From Gammaproteobacteria bacterium (GTDB taxonomy: Bacteria > Pseudomonadota > Gammaproteobacteria > Eutrophobiales > Eutrophobiaceae): 64,000 bases of DNA. A model generated the notes under the pieces. It did not search any database and had not been told where the DNA came from. It saw nothing but the letters and a program-made list of their open reading frames with translations. Made by a program: the position numbers and the translations under genes. Positions 44,023 to 51,974 of this stretch are shown here, piece after piece (the stretch's first letter is position 1; every line of letters begins with the position of its first letter). The DNA is taken from the NCBI GenBank assembly GCA_965200295.1, contig OZ241347.1, positions 2,615,272-2,679,271 on the forward strand. The letters run 5' to 3'.

Positions 44023-44856
44023 ATGGCGGAGTTAAAGGAACCTGCAAAAACACCCCCCGCGGCGGCTGCTCCGGCCTATACCGTACTCCTGCTCGCCGCG
44101 CAGCGCCGTGGCGACGACCGGCTGTCAGCCTTGACCGGCGCTCGCCACAAGTGCCTGATCGACCTTCATGGCCGCCCCATGATCGCTTGGGTGCTGGACA
44201 CCTTGCTGGCCGCGCCCATGGTCAGGCAGGTACTTATATCCATCGAGGACGCCTCAGTGCTGGCCGGCGTTTCTGAGGTCGCAGCTGCGCGGGTGCAGGT
44301 CATCACCAGCGCCGACAACCTCTATGCCAGCGTCGAACGCGCGCTGACGGGCGCCCCCGGCAACTGTCCGGCGCTCATCACCACGGCCGACAACCCGTTA
44401 CTCAGTGTGGAAATGTTGACGCATTTCTGCAGTGAACTGGAGCGGCGTCAGGCCGACGCCGCGGCAACAATGACCCGGGCCGAACTGATGCGGGCAAAAT
44501 ACCCAAAAGGTCAGCGCCGCTTCTACGCCTTTCGGGATGACGAGTATTCAAACTGCAACTTGTATGCACTGGCTAATGCCCGCGCCTTGCACGCTGCCAA
44601 AATCTTTCAACACGGCGGGCAGTTCAGGAAAAAAATCATCCGCACCCTGCGCGCCTTCGGCCTGTTTAATGTTATCCTCTACAAACTGCGCGCCCTGACC
44701 CTCAACGACCTCGCCGAACGCCTGTCCCACAGCTTCGGCCTCCGCCTCACCTTCATCACAATGCCCTTCCCGGAAGCCCCCATAGACGTGGACAACGAAC
44801 GCACTCTCAAGATCGCCCGCGCGATCATCGGCCAACGGCTGCAGGAAACATCCTGA
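44023..44856 (+). CDS. MobA-like NTP-transferase domain protein with ~80-aa C-terminal extension
   Basis: 277 aa; N-terminal LLLAAQRRGDDRL...GRPMIAWVLD resembles the nucleotidyltransferase GxGxR P-loop; starts 2 nt after the ATP-grasp gene. Confidence 0.5.
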   Translation: MAELKEPAKTPPAAAAPAYTVLLLAAQRRGDDRLSALTGARHKCLIDLHGRPMIAWVLDTLLAAPMVRQVLISIEDASVLAGVSEVAAARVQVITSADNLYASVERALTGAPGNCPALITTADNPLLSVEMLTHFCSELERRQADAAATMTRAELMRAKYPKGQRRFYAFRDDEYSNCNLYALANARALHAAKIFQHGGQFRKKIIRTLRAFGLFNVILYKLRALTLNDLAERLSHSFGLRLTFITMPFPEAPIDVDNERTLKIARAIIGQRLQETS

Positions 44857-44867
44857 CTCGATCAGCT

Positions 44868-45257
44868 TCATCCCACATTCAGGAATGCGAGCAGTTCCTG
44901 CGGGTCCAGACATTTTACGACTGAGTATTTAAACCCCTTCGTATCCCGGCTGACAATGGCCTGTGCGCCGACAAGGTACGCAGCTTGTTCTATGACAGCA
45001 TCTTCAAAGTCCTGTATCCGGCTTTTGATCGCCTCCTCAATGACAGGTCGATTAACCGGCGCGATTTCAAACAACTCCAGTAATCGCTGCAAAGCAGCGT
45101 GGGCGTCGGATTTTTCCAATACCTTTGATAACAGGTAGTCAATCGTTGTAACAGTGGTGGCACACAGGTAGGATTCAAGCTCTGACCGCTCAGTCAGGGC
45201 AAAGATTGTTGCAGCGGACTGCACAAACAGTTCCCGTGCGAGCAGGAGGTCGAGCAC
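44868..45257 (-). CDS. PIN-domain ribonuclease toxin (VapC-like)
   Basis: acidic PIN residues present (DTN at the N-terminus, internal E, D, SRD); the true N-terminus probably extends to ~45284 (in-frame LKILVDTNVV upstream of the called GTG), overlapping the antitoxin stop. Confidence 0.7.
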   Translation of the reverse strand: MLDLLLARELFVQSAATIFALTERSELESYLCATTVTTIDYLLSKVLEKSDAHAALQRLLELFEIAPVNRPVIEEAIKSRIQDFEDAVIEQAAYLVGAQAIVSRDTKGFKYSVVKCLDPQELLAFLNVG

Positions 45258-45280
45258 GACGTTGGTATCGACCAGTATTT

Positions 45281-45523
45281 TCAGAGATATTTCTCGCTGA
45301 GATGTTTCTTGTGAGCGGATTCGTCAATACTGTGTCCTTCAAGCGTGCCCAGCAGCGAGGCGGTAACGGGAGGCAAGCAATTCACAGCTTCACGATCGGG
45401 CACGCCAAGGGAATTAAAAAACTCTCCCACCATTTGGGAAACGGATTTACCGCGCCGACCCGCTTCGGATTTGGCTTTTTTAATAAGTGTCTCGTCCATT
45501 CGTAATGTAATCTTCGTATTCAT
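45281..45523 (-). CDS. ribbon-helix-helix (CopG/VapB-like) antitoxin
   Basis: 80 aa; N-terminal beta-strand TKITLRMDETLIKKAK typical of RHH; directly upstream of the PIN gene. Confidence 0.65.
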   Translation of the reverse strand: MNTKITLRMDETLIKKAKSEAGRRGKSVSQMVGEFFNSLGVPDREAVNCLPPVTASLLGTLEGHSIDESAHKKHLSEKYL

Positions 45524-45555
45524 GACGTACAAAATAAAAGAGTTTGTACGTCATG
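45521..45555. promoter_or_regulatory. 13-bp perfect inverted repeat (catgacgtacaaa-N9-tttgtacgtcatg) spanning the antitoxin start codon
   Basis: candidate autoregulatory operator of the RHH-PIN operon. Confidence 0.45.
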
Positions 45556-45732
45556 TCAAATATTATTCCGGTATTCGACTCCCGAATCTTGTGTCAGAGA
45601 TTTGAGGGGCAGTGGTGACGCATGCCCCGCCGCAGCCAGTCAATAAACCATTGGTGGTTGCGATGGTACAGGGTAAGACACGCACACCCGGCCGCTGCGT
45701 AACAACACCGCGGCCGGGTGGATGGGGAAGGC

Positions 45733-46404
45733 TTAGCGTTCCTGGCCGGCGAATACCGCCAGCAGGTGCAGCAGGCTGGTGAACAGGTTGAAGATGGCCA
45801 CGTACAAGGTGATCGTTGCCATGATGTAGTTGGTTTCACCGCCGTGGATCATTGCGCTGGTCTGATACAGGATCATGCCGGACATCAGCAGAATAAAGAT
45901 GGCCGATACCGCCAGCGCCATGGCTGGAATGCTGAAAATGGCGGCGCCGATACCGAGCAGGAACGCCACCAGTATCCCCACCATGAGGAACCCGCCCATG
46001 AAGCTGAAGTCCTTGCGGGTGGTCAGGGCATAACCCGACAGGCCAAGAAAGATCATGCCGGTGCCGCCCAGAGCCAGCATCACCAGTTGTCCGCCATTAC
46101 TGAAGAACTGCAAATACGCGTTCAGGAATGGCCCTAAGGTCAGCCCCATGAAACCGGTCAGGGCAAACACTGCGGCCAGCCCCCAGACGCTGTTTCTCAG
46201 TGCGGAGGTCAGGAACAACAGGCCAAAATAACCGCCCAGAGTGATGAGCAAACCCATACTGGGCAGATTCATGGCCATAGCCACAGCCGCCGTCAGCGCG
46301 CTGAACAGCAAGGTCATGGATAGCAGGATATAAGTGTTACGGATCAGCTTGTTGGTAGCCAGCGCCGACGGCGCCGGACTCGCGACTGCATACTGTTGAC
46401 TCAT
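45733..46404 (-). CDS. Bax-inhibitor-1/YccA-family membrane protein
   Basis: 223 aa; seven TM helices; BI-1 family pattern. Confidence 0.8.
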   Translation of the reverse strand: MSQQYAVASPAPSALATNKLIRNTYILLSMTLLFSALTAAVAMAMNLPSMGLLITLGGYFGLLFLTSALRNSVWGLAAVFALTGFMGLTLGPFLNAYLQFFSNGGQLVMLALGGTGMIFLGLSGYALTTRKDFSFMGGFLMVGILVAFLLGIGAAIFSIPAMALAVSAIFILLMSGMILYQTSAMIHGGETNYIMATITLYVAIFNLFTSLLHLLAVFAGQER

Positions 46405-46499
46405 TACAAACCTCCGATGGTTATGGTGACAATATGAATCATAGGGGCAATGGTGTTACTTTTCAAGATATTTCGGATAAAATGAGGTTTGTGCTGAAC

Positions 46500-46964
46500 G
46501 GAGAGGTGGCAGAGCGGTTGACAAATTCGCCGGGAGCGAATTTGGACAGCGTAGCTGGCCCCGCAGGGGTGACCTACATGGAGGTAGGTCACAGTGCACC
46601 GGGAACCGGTGCGTAGGTACTTGATGAGCTGATGAAGGATCGACAACTCCGAACGGAGAGGTGGCAGAGCGGTTGACAAATTCGCCGGGAGCGAATTTGG
46701 ACAGCGTAGCTGGCCCCGCAGGGGTGACCTACATGGAGGTAGGTCACAGTGCACCGGGAACCGGTGCGTAGGTACTTGATGAGCTGATGAAGGATCGACA
46801 ACTCCGAACGGAGAGGTGGCAGAGCGGTTGACAAATTCGCCGGGAGCGAATTTGGACAGCGTAGCTGGCCCCGCAGGGGTGACCTACATGGAGGTAGGTC
46901 ACAGTGCACCGGGAACCGGTGCGTAGGTACTTGATGAGCTGATGAAGGATCGACAACTCCGAAC
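46500..46964 (+). repeat. three perfect tandem copies of a 155-bp unit, each starting with the first 22 nt of tRNA-Ser (GGAGAGGTGGCAGAGCGGTTGA) followed by 133 nt of hairpin-rich sequence
   Basis: period 155 bp; the copies are identical; the fourth (partial) copy is the 5-prime end of the intact tRNA at 46965. Confidence 0.9.
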
Positions 46965-47055
46965 GGAGAGGTGGCAGAGCGGTTGAATGCACCGGTCTTG
47001 AAAACCGGCAAGGGTTGATAGCCCTTCGTGGGTTCGAATCCCACCCTCTCCGCCA
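46965..47055 (+). tRNA. tRNA-Ser (anticodon UGA), class II with long variable arm
   Basis: cloverleaf: acceptor GGAGAGG/CCUCUCC; anticodon loop CUUGAAA; T-loop GGTTCGAATCC; encoded CCA. Confidence 0.9.
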
Positions 47056-47067
47056 ATAACAACCATG

Positions 47068-47100
47068 AACAAGGGCGGTCATTGTGCCGCCCTTGTTTGG
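47068..47100. terminator. GC-rich hairpin (aacaagggcgg-N8-ccgcccttgtt) followed by TTTGGTTGG
   Basis: intrinsic-terminator-like; lies between the tRNA and the convergent Cys-rich gene. Confidence 0.45.
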
Positions 47101-47174
47101 TTGGGGTTGGTTGCGTTCATTGCAATAACGAATCTGTTTTGAGGGACGATCCGAAGACCGCCCCGGTGCGTCCG

Positions 47175-48098
47175 TCAATCACACCCATAGCCATTGTACT
47201 GGACCTCGAAGATCGCGCGTGGGTTGTTCACGACCCGGTAGTGCTGCGTGTTGTCGCGTAAGTTCACGGCGGTTGGCAGAGTCCAACCATATCCATAATT
47301 AGGGGTCGTATCACAGATCGGATCGCTGATTCTGTTCGGCACCGAATTGCACCATGGGCGGCCTGAGTTGACAGGTCCACTTACCGTACAACCATCCTGC
47401 CACGTATACGTCTCCGCGCCCGGCGCCTGGACACGCACCCGGCAATTTACTTCTTTGTTCGTTATAAAAGTGCACCACGCACCAGTGGCGTTACTGGGTG
47501 GGGTGGGGCAGCAATCATGCCCATTGCACTCGGTCTCCACTTTTCTGCCGGCCCCCGTAAACACCCCCCGCTGCGACGAGATCGCCGTCCCGCCCGGAGC
47601 GCCCCGGCAGTCGCTGCAGGAGGTCAGGAGGCTGACCCGGATCACCCGTCGTTCGGATACCGGCATGGGCGCGTAAGAAGATGCCTTCTGCCTGAAACGG
47701 ATGATGTTGTCCCCTTTTCGGAATGTCACTTTTGCCTGCCCATTGGCCAAATTCGCCCCATCAACAAACACGCCGCCGCCGACATTGTACTCTATAACGT
47801 CGTGGGGGCTGAACTGGAGCCGCGCCTGTGCCCAACCGTCCGTGTAGTCCGATCCCGGTTCAAAGAACCCGCCCCACGCCTCGACATTCACCGCCGATTC
47901 CGTGCTGGGCATTCCCGGATCGCAGGCGTCCAGAACCTGCGGCCCCTTGTATTCGAGCCAGATTTTCGCCTGGCCCTGTGTGTTCTGAGAGGTGGCCCAC
48001 ACCGGCGCGGCCATCACCGTCGCCACCAGCGCGGCGGTTACTGCGGCTAATTTAGCAAGGGGGGGGGGGGGGGGGGGGGGGGTAAGTAAGTGTTTCAT
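47175..48098 (-). CDS. secreted cysteine-rich protein of unknown function with a poly-Pro stretch in the signal-peptide region
   Basis: 307 aa; MKHLLT-P7-LAKLAAVTAALVATVMAAPVWA signal; ~20 Cys; no recognisable family. Confidence 0.55.
   Translation of the reverse strand: MKHLLTPPPPPPPLAKLAAVTAALVATVMAAPVWATSQNTQGQAKIWLEYKGPQVLDACDPGMPSTESAVNVEAWGGFFEPGSDYTDGWAQARLQFSPHDVIEYNVGGGVFVDGANLANGQAKVTFRKGDNIIRFRQKASSYAPMPVSERRVIRVSLLTSCSDCRGAPGGTAISSQRGVFTGAGRKVETECNGHDCCPTPPSNATGAWCTFITNKEVNCRVRVQAPGAETYTWQDGCTVSGPVNSGRPWCNSVPNRISDPICDTTPNYGYGWTLPTAVNLRDNTQHYRVVNNPRAIFEVQYNGYGCD
48059..48082. repeat. 24-nt G homopolymer (poly-C on the coding strand) within codons 6-14 of the Cys-rich protein gene
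   Basis: seen directly; encodes T-P7; slipped-strand contingency-locus candidate. Confidence 0.9.
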
Positions 48099-48306
48099 TG
48101 TTTTGCTCCTGTGTCAGGTTGATGCGGCCCGTTTATGCCATTTAAGGGCAGTTTGGGTCGCCGGGTCAGCAAAATAATCTTCGATGGCGCCCTCGGCACA
48201 GCCGTAAACTACCCTGTGCCCACGACAACGCCTTTCATGCTACACCTGACTCATCTTCAAAGCAAGCGTGAAACAAAACCTGATATTGCACATCAAAATT
48301 CTTTGA

Positions 48307-48576
48307 GTGCCGCTGGCGCGGGACGTGGAAGACTGCGCCTTATTGTTGTCGGTACTGGCCGGCCCGGATGCGCGCGACCCATGTTCACTGCCGGAAAGTG
48401 GCGGGCAGTTTAGCGCTGGCTTGCCGGCCGTTTCCGTGCCGGCCGGGTTCACTGCCAGCGGCCTGCCCGTCGATTCGCAGATCGTCGGCCCGCCCCGGGC
48501 CGATGCGGCGGTGCTGGGCGCGGCCCGTGTGTTTGAACAGGCCACCGGGTTCGGCAAATGGCGCCCGCAGTTGTGA
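48307..48576 (+). pseudogene. amidase (amidase-signature family) remnant: a mid-domain piece fused to the C-terminal end
   Basis: DVEDCALLLSVLAGPDARD and LPVDSQIVGPPRADAAVLGAARVFEQ match amidase internal and C-terminal regions; the N-terminal ~350 aa are absent. Confidence 0.5.
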
Positions 48577-48578
48577 AC

Positions 48579-49628
48579 TCAGCACCCGCCCAGGCCGAAC
48601 AACTGCACCAGGTCGCGGCGGTATTGAATGGAAAATTTATCCGCGGGGATGGAGACTTCGGCGGCGGGGTTGAGCGGCACCGGGTAGGGTCGCTGGCTTT
48701 CCACGACCACGATATCCTCGGCGTTGGTCACTAACTGGTATTGGGCGTAATCCTCCGTGGTGGCGCCGGGGATGTTGGTCAGCGAAATCTGGTAGATGGC
48801 GGTCTCGACCGCGCTCACAGGCGCGGCAATGTCATAGAAATGGCTGGTCATTTCCTCTGTGTAGTCAACCTTGAGGTCGGTGGCGAACGGGTAGGTCAGG
48901 TCGTGGCTGTAATAGACCTCGCGCTCACCGATGTTGTCGTCGTTAAACCCCCGTTCCACCTCGATATAGGGCAGTTCCATGTGCAGGCCATAATCGGTGC
49001 GCCGCAGCAGGTAATCGTCCAGTTGCGGGCGCTGCCGGTTGCCGAAGGTTTTCATGTGTACCCAGGACAGGTGCGCGATGTCGTTGAAGTTTTCGCAATG
49101 GCGGCTGGCGGAGGTCTGCCACAAGCCCTTTGGAATCTCAATTCTGAGCCAACTTGCATCGTGGTTTTCCAGCAGCGGCCATTCGGGCAACGGCCGCAGT
49201 GGTTTATCCTTAAGGCAGACCCAGAGCAGGCCGTAGCGTTGCACGGTCTGGTACCGGGTCAGACGCATCTGTGTCGGGATGAGCTGGTTCGGGTTGGTGT
49301 AAGACGGTATTCTGGTGCACGCGCCCAGATGGTCGTAGTGGTGACCATGGAACGGGCAGACCACATTGGCGCGGTCATCATCGAGCCAGCCCAGACTGAG
49401 CTTGGCGCCGCGATGGGGGCACTGGTCTTTGGCAACTGTTATGTCCTGTCGGGTTTTATAGATGACCAGGTCGGTATCCAGCAATCTGGCAGCCAGAGGC
49501 TCAGCGCCAATCTCCGAGACAAAGGCCAACGGATGCCAGAACCCGGCGAGGATGTGCCAATCGTGTTCCGCAATGGCGCTGTCAGCCGGGTAATCGGTGG
49601 TATTGGCTTGAGTTGTCGGCAGGTACAT
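48579..49628 (-). CDS. Rieske [2Fe-2S] non-heme-iron oxygenase, alpha-subunit type (pair A, long form)
   Basis: Rieske CPHRG...CPFHGH; mononuclear Fe motif NFNDIAHLSWVH; 349 aa. Confidence 0.85.
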   Translation of the reverse strand: MYLPTTQANTTDYPADSAIAEHDWHILAGFWHPLAFVSEIGAEPLAARLLDTDLVIYKTRQDITVAKDQCPHRGAKLSLGWLDDDRANVVCPFHGHHYDHLGACTRIPSYTNPNQLIPTQMRLTRYQTVQRYGLLWVCLKDKPLRPLPEWPLLENHDASWLRIEIPKGLWQTSASRHCENFNDIAHLSWVHMKTFGNRQRPQLDDYLLRRTDYGLHMELPYIEVERGFNDDNIGEREVYYSHDLTYPFATDLKVDYTEEMTSHFYDIAAPVSAVETAIYQISLTNIPGATTEDYAQYQLVTNAEDIVVVESQRPYPVPLNPAAEVSIPADKFSIQYRRDLVQLFGLGGC

Positions 49629-49629
49629 G

Positions 49630-50598
49630 TCAATCTACTCCAAAATCCATGCCCAAGGCTTTGAGGTGGCGGCGATATTTTGAGGTGAACAGGTCAGAAC
49701 GCAGGTGTAGTTCCTCGCTTAAGTCCATGGGCAATAATTCCGGTCGCTGGGATTCCAGGATGGGGATGTCCTGACCGATGATCAGGTCGTGAAAGTCTTT
49801 GATGTCCTGCTCAGTCAAATCCGCCGCATAATTGTACGCGGCGATGAAGTGCGCCCAGGATTTAGTTTCACTTTCCGGCCTGACAGCGAACATCAGCACA
49901 AATTTCTCCTTATTGGCGCGCCCGCCGATGTGCTTGACGAAATAGACCGTCAACGGCGCCAGGATACCGAAGTCATACCAGGCATCGCCGCCTTTCCCGG
50001 TGCCGTCCGGATCGGGCTGGAAATAGCGTACATCCTTGACAAAAAAGCCGTCCTCATGTGCTTCCACCTGGTAATCATCAATGACCGCGTGGTCGCGCGC
50101 ACCCAATATGCCGTCGTGCAGAATGGGCGGGTGCGACAGATCCAGGAAGTTCTCCACCACCCGCGGCGCGGCGGCATTGATCTCGTAGGGACCGCAGGGG
50201 ATGACCCGGTAATCCGGGTCGTTGAACTGGGGCAAATCGGGCAATGGCCGGGTTGCATCACCCAGGTTGACCCAGATGAGGCCGGCATGTTCCTGCGCCT
50301 GATAGACTGCGGTCGCCCGGGCCTTGGCCGGTATTCTGAGATCAGGATGGGCGGGGATAAATTCACACTGGCCGTCCCGGTTGTATTCCCAGCCGTGATA
50401 AGCGCAACGCAAGCGGTTGTTGCAGACGCTGCCCAGGCTCAGCCTGACGCCGCGATGCACGCACAGGTCTTTCCAGGCGCAGACCTTGTCTCCCGCCCGC
50501 CACAGCACCAGGTCTTCGCCCAGCACGGTGGCTGGTTTGGGTTTGTCAGCGGCCAGGTCGCGGGCCAGACCTACCGGGTGCCAGTAGTGTTTAATCAT
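49630..50598 (-). CDS. Rieske [2Fe-2S] non-heme-iron oxygenase (pair A, short form)
   Basis: CVHRG...CAYHGW; ENFLDLSHPPILH; 322 aa; stop is 2 nt from the next gene start. Confidence 0.85.
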   Translation of the reverse strand: MIKHYWHPVGLARDLAADKPKPATVLGEDLVLWRAGDKVCAWKDLCVHRGVRLSLGSVCNNRLRCAYHGWEYNRDGQCEFIPAHPDLRIPAKARATAVYQAQEHAGLIWVNLGDATRPLPDLPQFNDPDYRVIPCGPYEINAAAPRVVENFLDLSHPPILHDGILGARDHAVIDDYQVEAHEDGFFVKDVRYFQPDPDGTGKGGDAWYDFGILAPLTVYFVKHIGGRANKEKFVLMFAVRPESETKSWAHFIAAYNYAADLTEQDIKDFHDLIIGQDIPILESQRPELLPMDLSEELHLRSDLFTSKYRRHLKALGMDFGVD

Positions 50599-50656
50599 CT
50601 GAAAAAATCCGAGTATCGCAGTATCGCCGTCCGCGGTGTAAAATGGAATGGTTGCA

Positions 50657-50684
50657 GGTAACGAGCATATACCTGAAATTCACT
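50657..50684. promoter_or_regulatory. conserved 28-bp upstream box, copy C (aggtaacgagcatatacctgaaattcac)
   Basis: shares aggtaac...aaattcac with the boxes at 55471 and 57738; ~70 nt upstream of Rieske pair A and 36 nt upstream of the divergent araC-family gene. Confidence 0.5.
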
Positions 50685-50719
50685 TCTTCAGAGTGTGTAC
50701 TGAAAGAAGCCCTGACTGC

Positions 50720-51550
50720 ATGAACATATTCAACAAAGATCAGCCATTCAAGTTCGGCAAAGCGGTTTTCCCGAACGGCGGTCGTTATGGTCCGGTCACC
50801 CATGAACACCTGGACATTACCGTGATTCTGCAAGGGGAGGCGACGGTAGTTATTGATGAGGCAGAACACCGTTGTGTTGCCGGTTATGCGGTGTTCGCCT
50901 ATTCCGAACAACGCTATGAAATGATTTTCCCCAAGGGCACCGGCCATTATGTCCGTTGGTGCCACACCGGCGAGCTGGTCATGCCGCAACAGTATAAGAC
51001 CTGGCTTAAATCAGTACCGCACTGTATCCCAACGTCAAAATTAGTCTCGTGGCTCATAGACGAGGGCATCGCCTTGGGGCATGGTGAGGGCGTGAGCCTG
51101 GATCGATTACGCAATTCCATGGGCGAGGCTGTTTTTAACGACTATTTCTACCGGGCCAACCTCGAAGAGGAAGACAGCAGGTATCCGCGCGCGGTGGCGC
51201 GGGCCAAACGTTATATTGACAACAATTTCGCCTCCCATTGCGACCTGGACAAAATCGCAGACTTTGCCAACTTGAACCCCCGCTATCTGCTGCGCCTGTT
51301 CAAACAGCACATCGGTATCACCCCCACCCGTTATCTATGGCGTTTGCGGGCCGAAAAAGGGGTTTACCTGCTGCATCAGTCCAAGCTGAGTGTGTACCAG
51401 ATCGCCGAACAATGCGGTTTCCAATCCGCCCATCATTTCTCACGCCATATCAAAGAGCAATACGGTTTGCCCCCGACCAACCTGAGACAGGCAACAAAAA
51501 ACCGTAACCCTTTCGAGTTTAACCGGGACGTACCCGACGTGCGTTACTGA
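50720..51550 (+). CDS. AraC/XylS-family transcriptional regulator
   Basis: C-terminal double HTH (YQIAEQCGFQSAHHFSRHIKEQYGLPP); start trimmed to the ATG at 50720 because the upstream extension covers the conserved box. Confidence 0.8.
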   Translation: MNIFNKDQPFKFGKAVFPNGGRYGPVTHEHLDITVILQGEATVVIDEAEHRCVAGYAVFAYSEQRYEMIFPKGTGHYVRWCHTGELVMPQQYKTWLKSVPHCIPTSKLVSWLIDEGIALGHGEGVSLDRLRNSMGEAVFNDYFYRANLEEEDSRYPRAVARAKRYIDNNFASHCDLDKIADFANLNPRYLLRLFKQHIGITPTRYLWRLRAEKGVYLLHQSKLSVYQIAEQCGFQSAHHFSRHIKEQYGLPPTNLRQATKNRNPFEFNRDVPDVRY

Positions 51551-51572
51551 CGGTGGGTCGCGTCCACTTGTG

Positions 51573-51720
51573 GGCACCTCTAAAAATTAGAGGTGGCCGT
51601 GCAGCATAGGGATATGCTGCCATTTTTAAGCACGTAAGTGATTGAAAATGAAGGAAACGGGAAATCGCACTTTTCCGTTTCCGTTTCTATAAATGCCACG
51701 GAGGGCATTTAAGAGGTTCC
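51573..51720. repeat. long composite palindromic element (five hairpins, 148 bp), + orientation
   Basis: near-identical to 38385-38526; terminal repeats cctctaaaaat / atttaagagg. Confidence 0.85.
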
Positions 51721-51729
51721 CTTGTGTTA

Positions 51730-51942
51730 TCATGCAGCCGCCTTGATAATTTCTATCCCGGAAAATGCTGCCGCAGTTGTCTCATCATCACTATTCAGCA
51801 TATCAACGTGGATTGCTATAGCCTCACTGATAAGTTTTTTTACTTCTTCCTCCGTCGCTCCTACAGCAAAACAACCGGGCAGATCAGGGACATGTGCGCC
51901 AAAACTGTTTTCACCTTGTTCCAGGATCACGGTATATTTCAT
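51730..51942 (-). CDS. HicB-family antitoxin-like protein (no cognate HicA)
   Basis: 70 aa; MKYTVILEQGENSFGAHVPDLPGCFAVGAT matches HicB-like proteins; no room for a hicA neighbour. Confidence 0.6.
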   Translation of the reverse strand: MKYTVILEQGENSFGAHVPDLPGCFAVGATEEEVKKLISEAIAIHVDMLNSDDETTAAAFSGIEIIKAAA

Positions 51943-51974
51943 ATCCGTTCTCTCATCTCTTCAATCCGGTCTGT

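Noticed and set aside
46620-46654. Hammerhead-ribozyme-like CUGAUGA motif inside the 155-bp unit
   Set aside because: The downstream core would read GAAC rather than the invariant GAAA, and no convincing stem II or III can be drawn, so the unit is not called a ribozyme.
46500-46964. CRISPR array
   Set aside because: The units are identical throughout, so there are no unique spacers. The period is 155 bp, and no cas genes lie nearby.
46589-47178. Minus-strand ORFs of 116-157 aa spanning the 155-bp tandem array and the tRNA
   Set aside because: They read through perfectly repeated non-coding units and the tRNA gene. The repeat period (155) is not a multiple of 3, and the peptides are low complexity.
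50648-50719. Longer N-terminus for the AraC-family regulator from the ATG at 50648
   Set aside because: That extension would translate the conserved 28-bp upstream box. The ATG at 50720 gives a normal AraC N-domain start and leaves the box in a promoter position.
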